From NCBI GenBank assembly GCA_050179755.1, contig JBFXEV010000001.1, forward strand, positions 1,257,994 to 1,321,993: a stretch of DNA of 64,000 nt, in the 5' to 3' direction. The notes beneath the pieces are model-generated. The model did no database searches and was not told the DNA's origin. It saw only the letters and a program-made list of their open reading frames with translations. This document shows positions 50,615-61,059 of this stretch, piece by piece; the stretch's first letter is position 1, and every line of letters begins with the position of its first letter. The stretch is from Candidatus Babeliales bacterium (GTDB taxonomy: Bacteria > Babelota > Babeliae > Babelales > JBFXEV01). The position numbers and the translations under genes are program-made.

Positions 50615-51727
50615 ATGAGTATTGCCGCAGGCCTTGTAGGGCTCCCCAACGTAGGAAAATCAACATTATTTAATGCACTCACCAAATCTTCAATCCCTGC
50701 TGAAAATTACCCATTTTGCACCATTGATCCGCATACGGCAATCACTGAAGTGCCAGATCCGCGATTACAAAAACTTGCAAACATTTACGGCAGCAAAAAA
50801 ATTATTCCCTCCACCGTTTCATTTGTGGATATTGCAGGGCTTGTTAAAGGCGCTGCAAGTGGTGAAGGTCTTGGCAATCAGTTTTTAAGCAATATTCGTG
50901 AAGTAGATTTAATCTTGCACGTACTGCGTTGCTTTGAACATCCTACTATTTTGCATACCACCGGCAAAATTGATCCTGTTTCAGATTATGAAACTATTAT
51001 TGCCGAACTTATGCTCAAAGATTTAGAGTCGATTGACAAGCGTTTGCAAAAAATTGCAACTCAAATGAAAGCTGCGCAAAATGACGTTAAGCTTAAAAAA
51101 AGCTTAGAAGCAGAACAAGCATTGCTTACCAAAGTAAAAACTGCCATTGACTCGGGCGATGAAAAAAAAGTGCGGGAGCTCATGATTGGAGCGCCGAGCG
51201 ATAGCTTGCCATTATTATCTTCAAAAAACTATTTAATTATTGCAAACATTTCTGAAGAAGATATAGAAAATGACGCGTATACTAAAAATCCTCACTACCA
51301 AAAAGTGGTAGAGCGCTTTGGCAAAGATAAAGTGATTCCTGTATGTGTGCGCTTGGCATCCGAGCTTTCGCAAGCTAGTGAAGAAGAGGCAAAAGAGATT
51401 ATGCAAATGGCGGGCCTTAAAGAACATGCATTAGATAAAGTGATCCGTGCAACTTACGATCAACTTGGCCTTATTACGTTTTTTACGTGTGGCCCTAAAG
51501 AAGCTCATGCGTGGCCAATTAGAAAAGGCATTACGGTGCGACAAGCGGCTGGTGAAATTCACTCTGATTTAGAGCGTGGTTTTATTTGTGCAGAAGTGTT
51601 TAATTGCCAAGATTTATTTACGCATGGTTCTGAAGTAAAGCTTAAAGAGGTTGGCAAGATTAAAACTGAAGGCCAGGATTATTTGGTGAAAGACGGCGAT
51701 CTGTTAAATATAAAATTTAACGTATAA
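50615..51727 (+). CDS. ychF: Redox-regulated ATPase YchF
   Basis: GLPNVGKST, NYPFCTIDP, DIAGLVKGA, GEIHSDLERGFI. Confidence 0.97.
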   Translation: MSIAAGLVGLPNVGKSTLFNALTKSSIPAENYPFCTIDPHTAITEVPDPRLQKLANIYGSKKIIPSTVSFVDIAGLVKGAASGEGLGNQFLSNIREVDLILHVLRCFEHPTILHTTGKIDPVSDYETIIAELMLKDLESIDKRLQKIATQMKAAQNDVKLKKSLEAEQALLTKVKTAIDSGDEKKVRELMIGAPSDSLPLLSSKNYLIIANISEEDIENDAYTKNPHYQKVVERFGKDKVIPVCVRLASELSQASEEEAKEIMQMAGLKEHALDKVIRATYDQLGLITFFTCGPKEAHAWPIRKGITVRQAAGEIHSDLERGFICAEVFNCQDLFTHGSEVKLKEVGKIKTEGQDYLVKDGDLLNIKFNV

Positions 51728-51760
51728 AAATTACAGCTATCTTATTCAAAAATGTAATTC

Positions 51761-51788
51761 ATGGATACTATGAATGAGTAGTATCCAT
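51761..51788. terminator. Hairpin between convergent genes
   Basis: atggatacta...tagtatccat. Confidence 0.55.
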
Positions 51789-51793
51789 TGGTT

Positions 51794-52897
51794 TTACCGA
51801 GCATCAGATTCTTGAACGTCGGCTAACCCTACGTCCTTTGCCTCTTCTTTCACGCCTTTTTGTAATCCTAAAGTTTTGTTCCAAACCCTATTAAAACTTT
51901 GACGTAACAACTTTATCCCCGCTTCTAATTGCTGCTCTGTTATTTGCGGATTATATAGTTTGGCCCGCGCCACTTTGCCTGTTACTAATTGTTTAAACAA
52001 TTCCTGTATAATAAGCCTTCCCACATCTTTGCTTTGACCAGTATGTTTTCTTTGTGCAAAAACTCTGATTGAGGGGAAAATATGCTGAATCTCTTTAGGT
52101 GTCACAGTAAAAATAAGCGCATTAAATCTATCTGGCTTTTCTTGAATTATAGGATATTGTAGAGCAGTTTTACCATCATCCCTCGCAGCATTTACATCAG
52201 CACCAGCTTCAATAAGCTTTTGGATATGCGGAATATAGCCACCATCAAGTGCATTAAATAGAGGAGTTCTGCCTCCTTCAATAAATCCGCTCCGCTGGGT
52301 TGTCGCATCAACATCTGCTCCGGCGCTTAAAAGAACATCCATTGGATCTAGATCATTCCATTCTCCACGATAATCCTTTTCGGGATTAAAATTTGCAGCA
52401 AAGTGAAGTGCGGTAGCACCATATGTATTGGGAGTTTCTGTCTTGGCACCGTTATCTAAAAGCATTTTTACCATTGTTCCTTTTCCCAAACTTGCCGCTT
52501 CCTGCAAAGGCGTTTTATCCATGCTCGATCTTGCTTCTAACTGATAGCCACCCTCTTGCAATACTTGAGCCAGCGTTTCTGCAGTACCTTCCCTAATAGC
52601 ATTAAGTAAACGTTGATTGTACGCAAACTGCAAAGGAGTTTGACCAAACTCATTAGGTTTACTTGCATCAACTCCCTGCGACATAAGTTTTTTTACCGTA
52701 TCCACATCTCCCTCAAAACTTGCAAATCTTAAATCGGTTAAATCATTCTGTTCGCGCTGTCGCTCGGCGCGCTGCTCAGCAGCAGATTTTGACATAGATC
52801 GCAACCACGTAGTGAACCGCTCCATCGCAAAAGCCGTAAAAATGCCAGTGTTTGCTAGTAATAATGCCAGCCCTAATTTCTGGATATACGATTGCAT
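51794..52897 (-). CDS. Exported ankyrin protein with a TVTP helical domain
   Basis: Multiple GxTPL/TAL repeats; LIFTVTPKEIQHIFP; signal ending AFA|M. Confidence 0.87.
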   Translation of the reverse strand: MQSYIQKLGLALLLANTGIFTAFAMERFTTWLRSMSKSAAEQRAERQREQNDLTDLRFASFEGDVDTVKKLMSQGVDASKPNEFGQTPLQFAYNQRLLNAIREGTAETLAQVLQEGGYQLEARSSMDKTPLQEAASLGKGTMVKMLLDNGAKTETPNTYGATALHFAANFNPEKDYRGEWNDLDPMDVLLSAGADVDATTQRSGFIEGGRTPLFNALDGGYIPHIQKLIEAGADVNAARDDGKTALQYPIIQEKPDRFNALIFTVTPKEIQHIFPSIRVFAQRKHTGQSKDVGRLIIQELFKQLVTGKVARAKLYNPQITEQQLEAGIKLLRQSFNRVWNKTLGLQKGVKEEAKDVGLADVQESDAR

Positions 52898-53128
52898 GAG
52901 TTAATCCTCCTATAATCCCTAGTTAATTTATAATAAGTGGGCTCTAATTGCCTTTCCCCATACAATTAGTATAGCAAAAAAGGCCCTAATAATGCCACAA
53001 TTTATTTCTATTTGAAAATATATAGATTTTCTACAGAGTAAACTAGTAGAAAGACAGTAAACAGACAATAAAAGGAAATACCGCCTACAAAGAAGTACTT
53101 CATAGGCGGTTTAATTACCTCAATTTAA

Positions 53129-55528
53129 CTATTGTGGTTGCGCAAAAGATCCTTCAAGCGCCGCTTGTACGCGCTGCATCAATTCAATAAACGGTGCACT
53201 CTGCACATCAATGCCTTGAGCTTTGCGCACAAAATCAGTTAAATAATTAATAACACCTGCTGCATTACGCTCATTGATTAAATTAGTAAGCGGAGCAAGA
53301 CTTTCATAAATACCCATAGATGAAGAACCACGGCGCGTTGCACTGAGTTGTTCTGAATAATAACCCGCTTTTGCAACTCCTAAAAGCTGCTCATTCGTTT
53401 CAACATCAAGAAGCACAGGAGCAAGCGATAGATCAAGTAGCGCCCTTCCAGCCTCACTTGAACTTGCTGCCGTCGCTTTTAAAGCACTCACCGTTTTTGC
53501 GGCTGAACCTTTGGGTGAATAATATTTCATTGGACTAGTAACCGCATTGAGTGACTCAATAAGCATCGCAAGATTCTGCTTCACTTTATCAGGATCCTCT
53601 TTAATAAGCTGATACCGTGCTGCAAAATAGTCAAAAATCCGTAACAAAATACCATACGGTTTTATAAGCTCATACATTGATTCAACAGTTATGCCATTAT
53701 CAATAAGAGACTTTTTATTTTTTACTGCCCTATTAATGGCCAAATACACATCGCGTGGTGTACGATACAAACTACCCAAAACTTGTACTAATTGATCATG
53801 TAATACTGGCATTGATTCTGATGCAACTAAGATACGCTCCTTAAATTGCGTTGGCACTTTTCGCGCATCAACAACGATCGCAATAACTTGTTTATCTTGC
53901 GCATCTGATTCAACTAAATCTCTCAGCCGATTTAACAAATCTTGCGGCATGTTTGGTGCAAGCTCTGTAAGTCCACTTACAATCTTGGCAGCATCAAGAG
54001 ACGATTTTGCAAGCTCTGTTTGTAAACCTTGGAGCACCGATGATTCGCGCTCACCCAATTGCCCTTGATATACATTAGTAACAGATTTTAAAAGAGTTTG
54101 TAATTGCGTTAGCGATGCTACTTTTTGTAATCTATCTCGCACAAAATCAGGCAAGCTCATAGTGATGACCGGCTTAGTATTTGCAAGCTGCCATGTAAGT
54201 GCAGATTTAAGTGAATCATTATGTATCTCATTTTCAAAAAGTGTTAAATCAAATATGTGGCGCGCTGCATTACGTTTTATTTCTACTGCACCGGTTGCAG
54301 GTTGCGTTACAAATTCACGAGGATTAAAAAGGAATACAAGTAATGGTGATATTTTCTTGCCTTTTTGCACGCCACGTTGCGTGGTGCCCTCTAAGCCTTT
54401 CCATAACATATCACCAAAGAGTATAAATGCAGGCTGTATACGCAAAAAGTTAAGTGATCGCGCAAGTGCATTTAAGGCATTCTCAGGTGCAAGCGTGGCC
54501 GCTTTATCTTTAGTGAATTGATCCCATACTGCAAGGAATGCCGCATCAGAGGATTGCTGCGCTGCTTCAGTTACGTTCTCTGATCCTTTAACAGCCGGCG
54601 CTTGTCGCTGAGCCACAATGCTTGAAACCACCAATAACTCTATATCACGGACTGAAAGCCTTTGCGGCGCAAACAAACAAGCTGCAAGAGGCGTTATAAT
54701 AGTCTTAAAAAGCGCATCAGGCCGCAATATCATTCCCGTAAACGTTTCATAGAGTTCTTGCAAACGTGCATTTGCATTTGCCTTATCAACTGAAAAGTCC
54801 TTTTGAAGCAGTGCAAAAAGACCCGTTTTTTCCTGCATAAGCGCATCAAGCTCTGCACGCTTTAAAAATTGTTCCTTATTACGCAAATCTTTTAATGCTT
54901 TACCAACTATTTCTTTAAAACGGTTGCTATTAAGATATTCTGTTGTTGCAAGATCTTTAAGCATTTCTAAAAATACTGCATCTGATCGATTTTTCTCATC
55001 ATCCGTTTTTTGCGCAAGTTGCTCTGGAGTAAGTACTGGCAATACGGGAGCTGCAACGGGTTTTGGTTTTGTGCCGATAAACGCAGGCGGCAAACCGGGC
55101 GCCGGTGGCGGCGCAATCGGAGCAGCTGACGGAGTTGGAGGCGCTGGAATATCGCTTGGCTCAGTCGGCTCAATTGGCTCAGTTGGTTCTGACGCAGGAC
55201 TTGTTACCGATGAAGGAGTGCCAGGTTGTGCAGTTTTTGGTTGCTCAAAAATTTGTGCTAAGCGTGCACGTTTTTCATCATCAGAAAGAATTTGGAATGC
55301 TGCACGCTCATCGGGCGTTAAACTAGCCAAAAATTGTGCCATTAATTGTTTAATAGGATCTTTTACTTTTGGCGGCTTTGGAGCAGCCGCTGGCTTGCCA
55401 GCCAAATTATTTTCTAAAGTCTGTAAGTTTCTTACTAAAGACTCAAGCCGATCTTTTAACCTATCTTGCATCATGCCAAGGCTAGCTGATACCCAAAAAA
55501 AAAGACTTACTAGTACATAGTGCTTTAT
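53129..55528 (-). CDS. Large Pro-rich exported hypothetical protein; probable ATA start (ORF track starts at 55474)
   Basis: AAGGAG then in-frame ATA-KHYVLVSLFFWVSASLG|MM; EPxEP and polyproline segments. Confidence 0.75.
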   Translation of the reverse strand: MKHYVLVSLFFWVSASLGMMQDRLKDRLESLVRNLQTLENNLAGKPAAAPKPPKVKDPIKQLMAQFLASLTPDERAAFQILSDDEKRARLAQIFEQPKTAQPGTPSSVTSPASEPTEPIEPTEPSDIPAPPTPSAAPIAPPPAPGLPPAFIGTKPKPVAAPVLPVLTPEQLAQKTDDEKNRSDAVFLEMLKDLATTEYLNSNRFKEIVGKALKDLRNKEQFLKRAELDALMQEKTGLFALLQKDFSVDKANANARLQELYETFTGMILRPDALFKTIITPLAACLFAPQRLSVRDIELLVVSSIVAQRQAPAVKGSENVTEAAQQSSDAAFLAVWDQFTKDKAATLAPENALNALARSLNFLRIQPAFILFGDMLWKGLEGTTQRGVQKGKKISPLLVFLFNPREFVTQPATGAVEIKRNAARHIFDLTLFENEIHNDSLKSALTWQLANTKPVITMSLPDFVRDRLQKVASLTQLQTLLKSVTNVYQGQLGERESSVLQGLQTELAKSSLDAAKIVSGLTELAPNMPQDLLNRLRDLVESDAQDKQVIAIVVDARKVPTQFKERILVASESMPVLHDQLVQVLGSLYRTPRDVYLAINRAVKNKKSLIDNGITVESMYELIKPYGILLRIFDYFAARYQLIKEDPDKVKQNLAMLIESLNAVTSPMKYYSPKGSAAKTVSALKATAASSSEAGRALLDLSLAPVLLDVETNEQLLGVAKAGYYSEQLSATRRGSSSMGIYESLAPLTNLINERNAAGVINYLTDFVRKAQGIDVQSAPFIELMQRVQAALEGSFAQPQ

Positions 55529-55682
55529 GTTTTCTCCTTAAAAATTTATTTCTAGTTTAAGTATAGACACCTGGAAGTTCGAAAGACAATAATCAATATA
55601 TATATGCCTAAAACAGAAGCTCGACTAAAAGTTTCAAGGCATTATCACGTGGCCGCTTACTCCGTCTACGTGTATCCGCGCA

Positions 55683-55865
55683 CGCTCATCCTGAGCTTGT
55701 CGAAGGACAGGCTCGGCACAATACGCCGGACTTACATTACGGAGTGAGTTTACCCTGAGCTTGTCGAAGGGCCGCGGCGGGGCGCACGACTTTTTGCCTG
55801 TCCTTCGTAGTCAGCCAAGCCTGATGGCCTGGATTTGACGTAGGAGGAGCAAGAAAAAGGCTTTT
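55683..55865. repeat. Composite cluster of REP-like units and a MITE-end copy
   Basis: cctgagcttgtcgaagg at ~55690 and ~55754; gccgcggcggggcgcacgactttttg resembles 5014-5038. Confidence 0.72.
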
Positions 55866-56023
55866 GCCTGCGTGGAGCGCCGTGCAAGATGGAAAAACAG
55901 TATGAGTGTACGACTTGTACAAAAACAATACTATACCCTGCAACCCGCCACTCCCTTGTGTTCTCCTCCATAAAATATGCTATACTAAAACTATCTAATA
56001 TTATGGATATAAGGAATTATAGC

Positions 56024-56485
56024 ATGCGCCGCAAAAAAGGCTTTTTTTCAATCTCAGCCGTTGCACAGATGTTTTCAGTGCACCAGCAAACTATTAGACT
56101 CTATGAAAAAGAAGGCCTCATTACCCCTAAGCGTTCTGACGGTAATACGCGCCTTTTCTCTGAAGAAGACATCAATCAACTCGAGCAAATCATCTATCTA
56201 ACCCATCAGCTCGGCATTAACCTTGCAGGGGTAGAAATGGTCTTAAAACTTCAGGATAAAGTTAAAAAGCTTCAAAAACAGATGAATAAAATCTTAGATG
56301 CAACACACGAAGAACTTGAACAAGAAAGTGGAATTTCAAAACGACTTGCCACTACTACGGCTAAACAACTTATGGAAATGAAGCAAGTTGCCATCAAGAA
56401 GCCTAAAAAAGCCGACGAACCCGTATCTGAGCCTATTGATATTGAGATTGATACCGAAGGTTGGAAAATAGAGTACGATCAATAA
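56024..56485 (+). CDS. hspR: MerR-family heat-shock repressor HspR
   Basis: SISAVAQMFSVHQQTIRLYEKEGL..PKRSDGNTRLFS...LGINLAGVE; AGGA RBS. Confidence 0.85.
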   Translation: MRRKKGFFSISAVAQMFSVHQQTIRLYEKEGLITPKRSDGNTRLFSEEDINQLEQIIYLTHQLGINLAGVEMVLKLQDKVKKLQKQMNKILDATHEELEQESGISKRLATTTAKQLMEMKQVAIKKPKKADEPVSEPIDIEIDTEGWKIEYDQ

Positions 56486-56498
56486 TAAAAGGAGTACT

Positions 56499-57365
56499 AT
56501 GTGGAAGAATCAATTTAAAACGGCCGTATTGCTGGCTAGCTTGAGCGCTATGCTCATGTTCCTCGGTAATCTAGTAGGCGGGACAGAAGGCATGACAATG
56601 GCCTTTTTACTTTCTCTTATTATTAACGGCATTACCTACTTTTTCTCCGATAAAATAGTACTCAGCATGTATCGCGCCAAAAAGCTAGATCCGAGCCGTT
56701 ACCAAAACATCTATGCAATGGTAGATGAACTTGCAAAATCAATGAAAATTCCTATGCCCAAACTCTGGATCATAGACACTCCTATGGCCAACGCCTTTGC
56801 TACCGGCAGAAACCCGAGCAATGCCTCTGTTGCGGTAACGAGCGGTATTTTAAATATTCTTGATGAAGATGAATTACGCGGCGTGCTTGCACACGAGCTT
56901 TCTCATGTGATTAATCGAGACATTTTAGTAAGCACTATTGCAGCAACTCTTGCGAGCACCATTGGCTACGTTGCCCAAATGATGCGTTTTACTGCTTTTT
57001 ATGGCCCCTCTGATGATACTAAAGACAGAGTAAATCCTCTTGGCACACTTGCCGCTATTGTACTTATGCCTATTGCCGCATCACTCGTGCAACTTGCCAT
57101 TTCCCGCTCACGCGAATATTTGGCAGATGAAACTGGTGCTGACACCACTCATGAGCCACTTGCACTAGCTTCTGCTCTTGAAAAACTTGAGCAAAATAAG
57201 TCTTTTGCACATCTTAATCCAAATGATATGGGTAAAGCTTCTACTGCAAGCCTCTTTATTGTAAACCCCTTTTTGGGCGGCGCGATCATGAATTTGTTCT
57301 CAACGCACCCGCCAATGGCCCAAAGAATCGCTCGTTTGAGAGAAATGTCACGAAAAAGATTTTAA
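56499..57365 (+). CDS. htpX: Zinc metalloprotease HtpX
   Basis: NAFATGRNP, HELSH, ISRSREYLAD, FSTHPP. Confidence 0.95.
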   Translation: MWKNQFKTAVLLASLSAMLMFLGNLVGGTEGMTMAFLLSLIINGITYFFSDKIVLSMYRAKKLDPSRYQNIYAMVDELAKSMKIPMPKLWIIDTPMANAFATGRNPSNASVAVTSGILNILDEDELRGVLAHELSHVINRDILVSTIAATLASTIGYVAQMMRFTAFYGPSDDTKDRVNPLGTLAAIVLMPIAASLVQLAISRSREYLADETGADTTHEPLALASALEKLEQNKSFAHLNPNDMGKASTASLFIVNPFLGGAIMNLFSTHPPMAQRIARLREMSRKRF

Positions 57366-57432
57366 TTAGATAAGAAAACAGTATACACTTAAGAGGAATA
57401 GAAAATCAGCCAAACACGCGAGGAGGATTCCT

Positions 57433-57897
57433 ATGCCTGGCAACGATCCTTTTGACACACCACCTGAGCAATTAACATTGTCGTATGAACTACTGTACCT
57501 ATTACAATGGATAATTGAAAACGAACAAGAAACTTTAAAGGTATTTATACAAGAGGCGGTGCGGCGCCAACAAGCAGCCGAGCGCCATCAAAAGGAGCAC
57601 GTATACTATACACAAGACGATGAACTGCAACAGAACATTGTAGATTTTTTTGCCGTCCTTGATGCATTGCTCTATGAAGCAGTAGAAGAAGAATCAGTAC
57701 ATAAAGCAACACAAAAGAACTTATTGCCTTCTCTCAATCAAATTGATTCAGCGATTTGTGACACAGACACGTTACAATCGACGGTGGAGGAAACAACTGC
57801 GCATCTTGATGCTCACCCTGAGCAAAATGCAAAGGATGTTCTTCATAAAAAGCTGTTGCAGCAATGGGAGCCGGACGAGCAAACTTTGGCAAATTGA
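57433..57897 (+). CDS. Hypothetical acidic helical protein
   Basis: GAGGAGG RBS; 154-aa ORF. Confidence 0.7.
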   Translation: MPGNDPFDTPPEQLTLSYELLYLLQWIIENEQETLKVFIQEAVRRQQAAERHQKEHVYYTQDDELQQNIVDFFAVLDALLYEAVEEESVHKATQKNLLPSLNQIDSAICDTDTLQSTVEETTAHLDAHPEQNAKDVLHKKLLQQWEPDEQTLAN

Positions 57898-57920
57898 TAA
57901 ATAAATAAAACCTATTATCT

Positions 57921-57955
57921 CCGTTCATTCTGAACTTGTCGAAGGACATGAACGG
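57921..57955 (+). repeat. REP-like palindrome between convergent genes
   Basis: ccgttcat-tctgaacttgtcgaagga-catgaacgg. Confidence 0.7.
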
Positions 57956-57956
57956 T

Positions 57957-58568
57957 TCAAAAAAATCCTAATCTTTCGAGTGCCTCACGCACTTCAAACA
58001 TGGGTAAGCCAAGAATTGTTGTATACGAACCGTTTAATGACTTAAGAAACTGTGCGCCATATCCTTCTATGGTAATGGCGCCAGCAATTTTCAGATAATG
58101 CGGCACTTCTTTAAAATATTTCGGAATCCATTCATCGGGCATATCAAATTCATACGTAGCACTCACAAATTGCATTACACGTTCTTCAGTAACCCACGCA
58201 CCATTTTGCTGTTTTTTACGATCCAAGCAAAATGCAGTTCCCACATACCCACCTCTACGCAGTGCTTTAATTTTTTTAATAGCGTCTTGCGTGTCACTCG
58301 GTTTGCCATGAATAACGCCATCGATATCAACACCCATGGTATCAGCAGTTAACACAAAGCAATGCTTTTGTTGCTGAGCATCTTCTGGCAAAATAACATG
58401 CTCCATTTTATAAAGTGATATTTTTTCTATCACTTCTTGCCACGGCAAGTTCCAATCACATTGTGTTTCATCGGCTGATTGAGTAACTAATATAAATGGA
58501 ATTTGCGCTTCTTTTAAAAGTTGCTGGCGAGCGGCTGATGTTGAGCCTAAAAAAAGTGTATGTGGCAT
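57957..58568 (-). CDS. maf: Maf-family nucleotide pyrophosphatase
   Basis: LGSTSAARQQLL, TADT, GKP, AGA...GSYTTILGLP. Confidence 0.92.
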   Translation of the reverse strand: MPHTLFLGSTSAARQQLLKEAQIPFILVTQSADETQCDWNLPWQEVIEKISLYKMEHVILPEDAQQQKHCFVLTADTMGVDIDGVIHGKPSDTQDAIKKIKALRRGGYVGTAFCLDRKKQQNGAWVTEERVMQFVSATYEFDMPDEWIPKYFKEVPHYLKIAGAITIEGYGAQFLKSLNGSYTTILGLPMFEVREALERLGFF

Positions 58569-58739
58569 AAAAAATCTCGTTAAATTTTGTTAGATATATA
58601 AGTAGAATAGCAATTTAAACAGTAAATTAAATAGTTTTTGCATTTCGCAATCCACATTATGTTTATATTCAAAGCAAAAACCGGAAAACATTATAACAAT
58701 GTTTCCCGGTCACTAATTCTTTACAAGCTATTAAAATAA

Positions 58740-60860
58740 CTAACAAGCATGCATTTTCAATTTAGTATAATCCACTTTCGCTGTTGGCAAAGATACAGTT
58801 GATGGCACGTCTGGCAAAGTTGAATAAACCACGGCGCCGCGGAAAATAGTCAACTCGACTGCTGAATTTGCTACTGGCTCTAAATCTAGTACATCATTGG
58901 TTGCTTTAAACCGTTTGGCAAACGGGAACCAATTAGTATCCCACACCACTATATCGGCAGATTTACCAACTTCTATAGTGCCAATCTCACGTTCAAGCAG
59001 AATCTGTTTTGCAGTATTTCGCGTATAAGATGCTATCAATCTATCAAGCGGGTAAATACGCTCATCGTCTAGATCTCCCAAATTAGGCTTTAATGGGCCG
59101 ACTGGAATTGGCTCAGTAACCAAATCTTGTGGAAAATCAGTATAAGAATAGGTATGAGCAAGATCGGTAGTATAGGGGAATTTAACTTCATCACCATAAT
59201 TTGAATCATATACGCTTTGTGACAATAAACGTGTCATCCCCGTAAAAGTATGTTGATTATATTCTGGTAGCGCTACTGGAAAGTCACTGCCAGTCGCCAC
59301 ATTAATACCAAGATCAAACATGCTTTGGAATGGATATTGTTCATGGTACATTCTATTAAAACCTAGGCGAGGATAATAAAATGCACTCGTAAAAATGTCT
59401 ACCACTGGCCAAATAGGTGTTATACTTGCAGTAACTCCAAGTTGCGCCATTTTGGCAACATACTCATCGCTAATTAATTGCAAATGTGCCATTGCAGGCC
59501 GCATATTCTTTGATACCCCAGCACTTTGCAATGAATCTACTGCGCGCTTTGCAGCACCATCACCAATAGTATGAACGTGTATTTGAAATTGAGCATTATT
59601 TGCTTGCGCCATTGATGCAGTAAGATCTGAATTAGCCCAGAAATCAAGCCCACGATAATTTGTAGTACAATTACAACAAGGAGATGGTGGAAAAAAAGTG
59701 TCACAATACGGCTCAACCAAGAGCGCAGTCCCTACTTCACCACCTTCAAGAATACCGTCAACAAAAAATTTAACCGTATTCACTCTAAATAATGCATTTG
59801 GATCATTGTATTCAATTTTAAACTGTGCGGCCAAAGCAATTTGTTGCGCTGGAGTCAACGCAGCTTGAGATAAATCTGCAGGGTTGATATACCACGAAGC
59901 ACGTACTCTGCATGGCAAAAGTTCAGTCTGTGCCAATTCATTCACATAATCCTGATACGTTTTTTGCAAGGATATAGTTCCATATGCAGTATTCATTGCA
60001 TCAAATAGTGTAGTAACTCCCAGAGAATTATAAAATGCCAATAAACTGAGATAAACTTCTTTAAATAATTCTTTATCAACAAGAGGCAATGCATTTGTTA
60101 CTAACGTGAGAGCATTTTCATTTAACTGACCGGTTGCCAAATTTTCCAGTGGATCACCTGCAGGATAGCGCTCAATCAAGCCATTTACCGGTTGCGTTGG
60201 AAAAGGATACAGTGTATTTAGATCGAGCAATGCAATAAATTGAGAATTTATCCAATAACTGTGTCCATTCTGTTCAAATATTGCCGATGGTCGATCTGGC
60301 ACAGCGGCATCTAAATCTAAAGCGGTAGGCGAAAGCACATTCCCAGTATCTGCTTGAAAGAGCGCACGATTATAATTATATCCTAAAATAAAATCTAGCT
60401 CCGGATTTTCATCTGCAAATCTCTTGATGTTTGCAAGCATTTCTGCCCCGCTCGTTGCTGTAGAGCCATCTTCATTAACCAAAACATCTACACCCACCGA
60501 TACAACTGTAGCAACATAACTGGGGTGCGAATGAGATTCTACAAAACCAGGCAACGTCATCCTGCCATCTAAATCTATAACTTGCGTATCTTTTCCAATA
60601 AACTTTCTCGTACATTTATTTGAACCAACAGCACAAATCTTGCCATCCTTGATTGCAACACTTTGCACTACTTCATTGTTTACACCAGTATAAATAAATC
60701 CATTAATGAGTACCGTATCGGCATTGCGGCATTTTGATGTACAACAGCTGCTTCTATCGCGCCAACTCTCCGTCGTTTTTGATTGCATAGGTAGAAAAGT
60801 TACACTGAATATAAGATTACACAACATAAGCGGGGTGCTTAAAAAATTAGAATACTTCAA
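58740..60860 (-). CDS. Amidohydrolase_3 (YtcJ-like) metal-dependent hydrolase with a signal-like N-terminus
   Basis: LPGFVESHSH, KFFVDG, HVHTIGD, AHLQ, GSDFP, GTIEVGKSAD. Confidence 0.88.
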   Translation of the reverse strand: MKYSNFLSTPLMLCNLIFSVTFLPMQSKTTESWRDRSSCCTSKCRNADTVLINGFIYTGVNNEVVQSVAIKDGKICAVGSNKCTRKFIGKDTQVIDLDGRMTLPGFVESHSHPSYVATVVSVGVDVLVNEDGSTATSGAEMLANIKRFADENPELDFILGYNYNRALFQADTGNVLSPTALDLDAAVPDRPSAIFEQNGHSYWINSQFIALLDLNTLYPFPTQPVNGLIERYPAGDPLENLATGQLNENALTLVTNALPLVDKELFKEVYLSLLAFYNSLGVTTLFDAMNTAYGTISLQKTYQDYVNELAQTELLPCRVRASWYINPADLSQAALTPAQQIALAAQFKIEYNDPNALFRVNTVKFFVDGILEGGEVGTALLVEPYCDTFFPPSPCCNCTTNYRGLDFWANSDLTASMAQANNAQFQIHVHTIGDGAAKRAVDSLQSAGVSKNMRPAMAHLQLISDEYVAKMAQLGVTASITPIWPVVDIFTSAFYYPRLGFNRMYHEQYPFQSMFDLGINVATGSDFPVALPEYNQHTFTGMTRLLSQSVYDSNYGDEVKFPYTTDLAHTYSYTDFPQDLVTEPIPVGPLKPNLGDLDDERIYPLDRLIASYTRNTAKQILLEREIGTIEVGKSADIVVWDTNWFPFAKRFKATNDVLDLEPVANSAVELTIFRGAVVYSTLPDVPSTVSLPTAKVDYTKLKMHAC

Positions 60861-61059
60861 AATAAATTCCTTTCTTTAATAAACTTACTATTACTTAGAC
60901 TATTGTTAGTATATACATAACCGAGGAACCAATGTCAACAAATTGCCCTTCGCAGGTAGCGCCCATAAAATTGATTTATACGAGCGTAAAATATTGCTTC
61001 ATCATCACCCCTTATGCAAAACTAAAGATAAGAACTACATTTAAGCATAGGAGGTTATC

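Noticed and set aside
55889..56023. N-terminal CxxC extension of HspR in the ORF track
   Set aside because: The better RBS and family-consistent start are at 56024; the extension spans probable promoter DNA.
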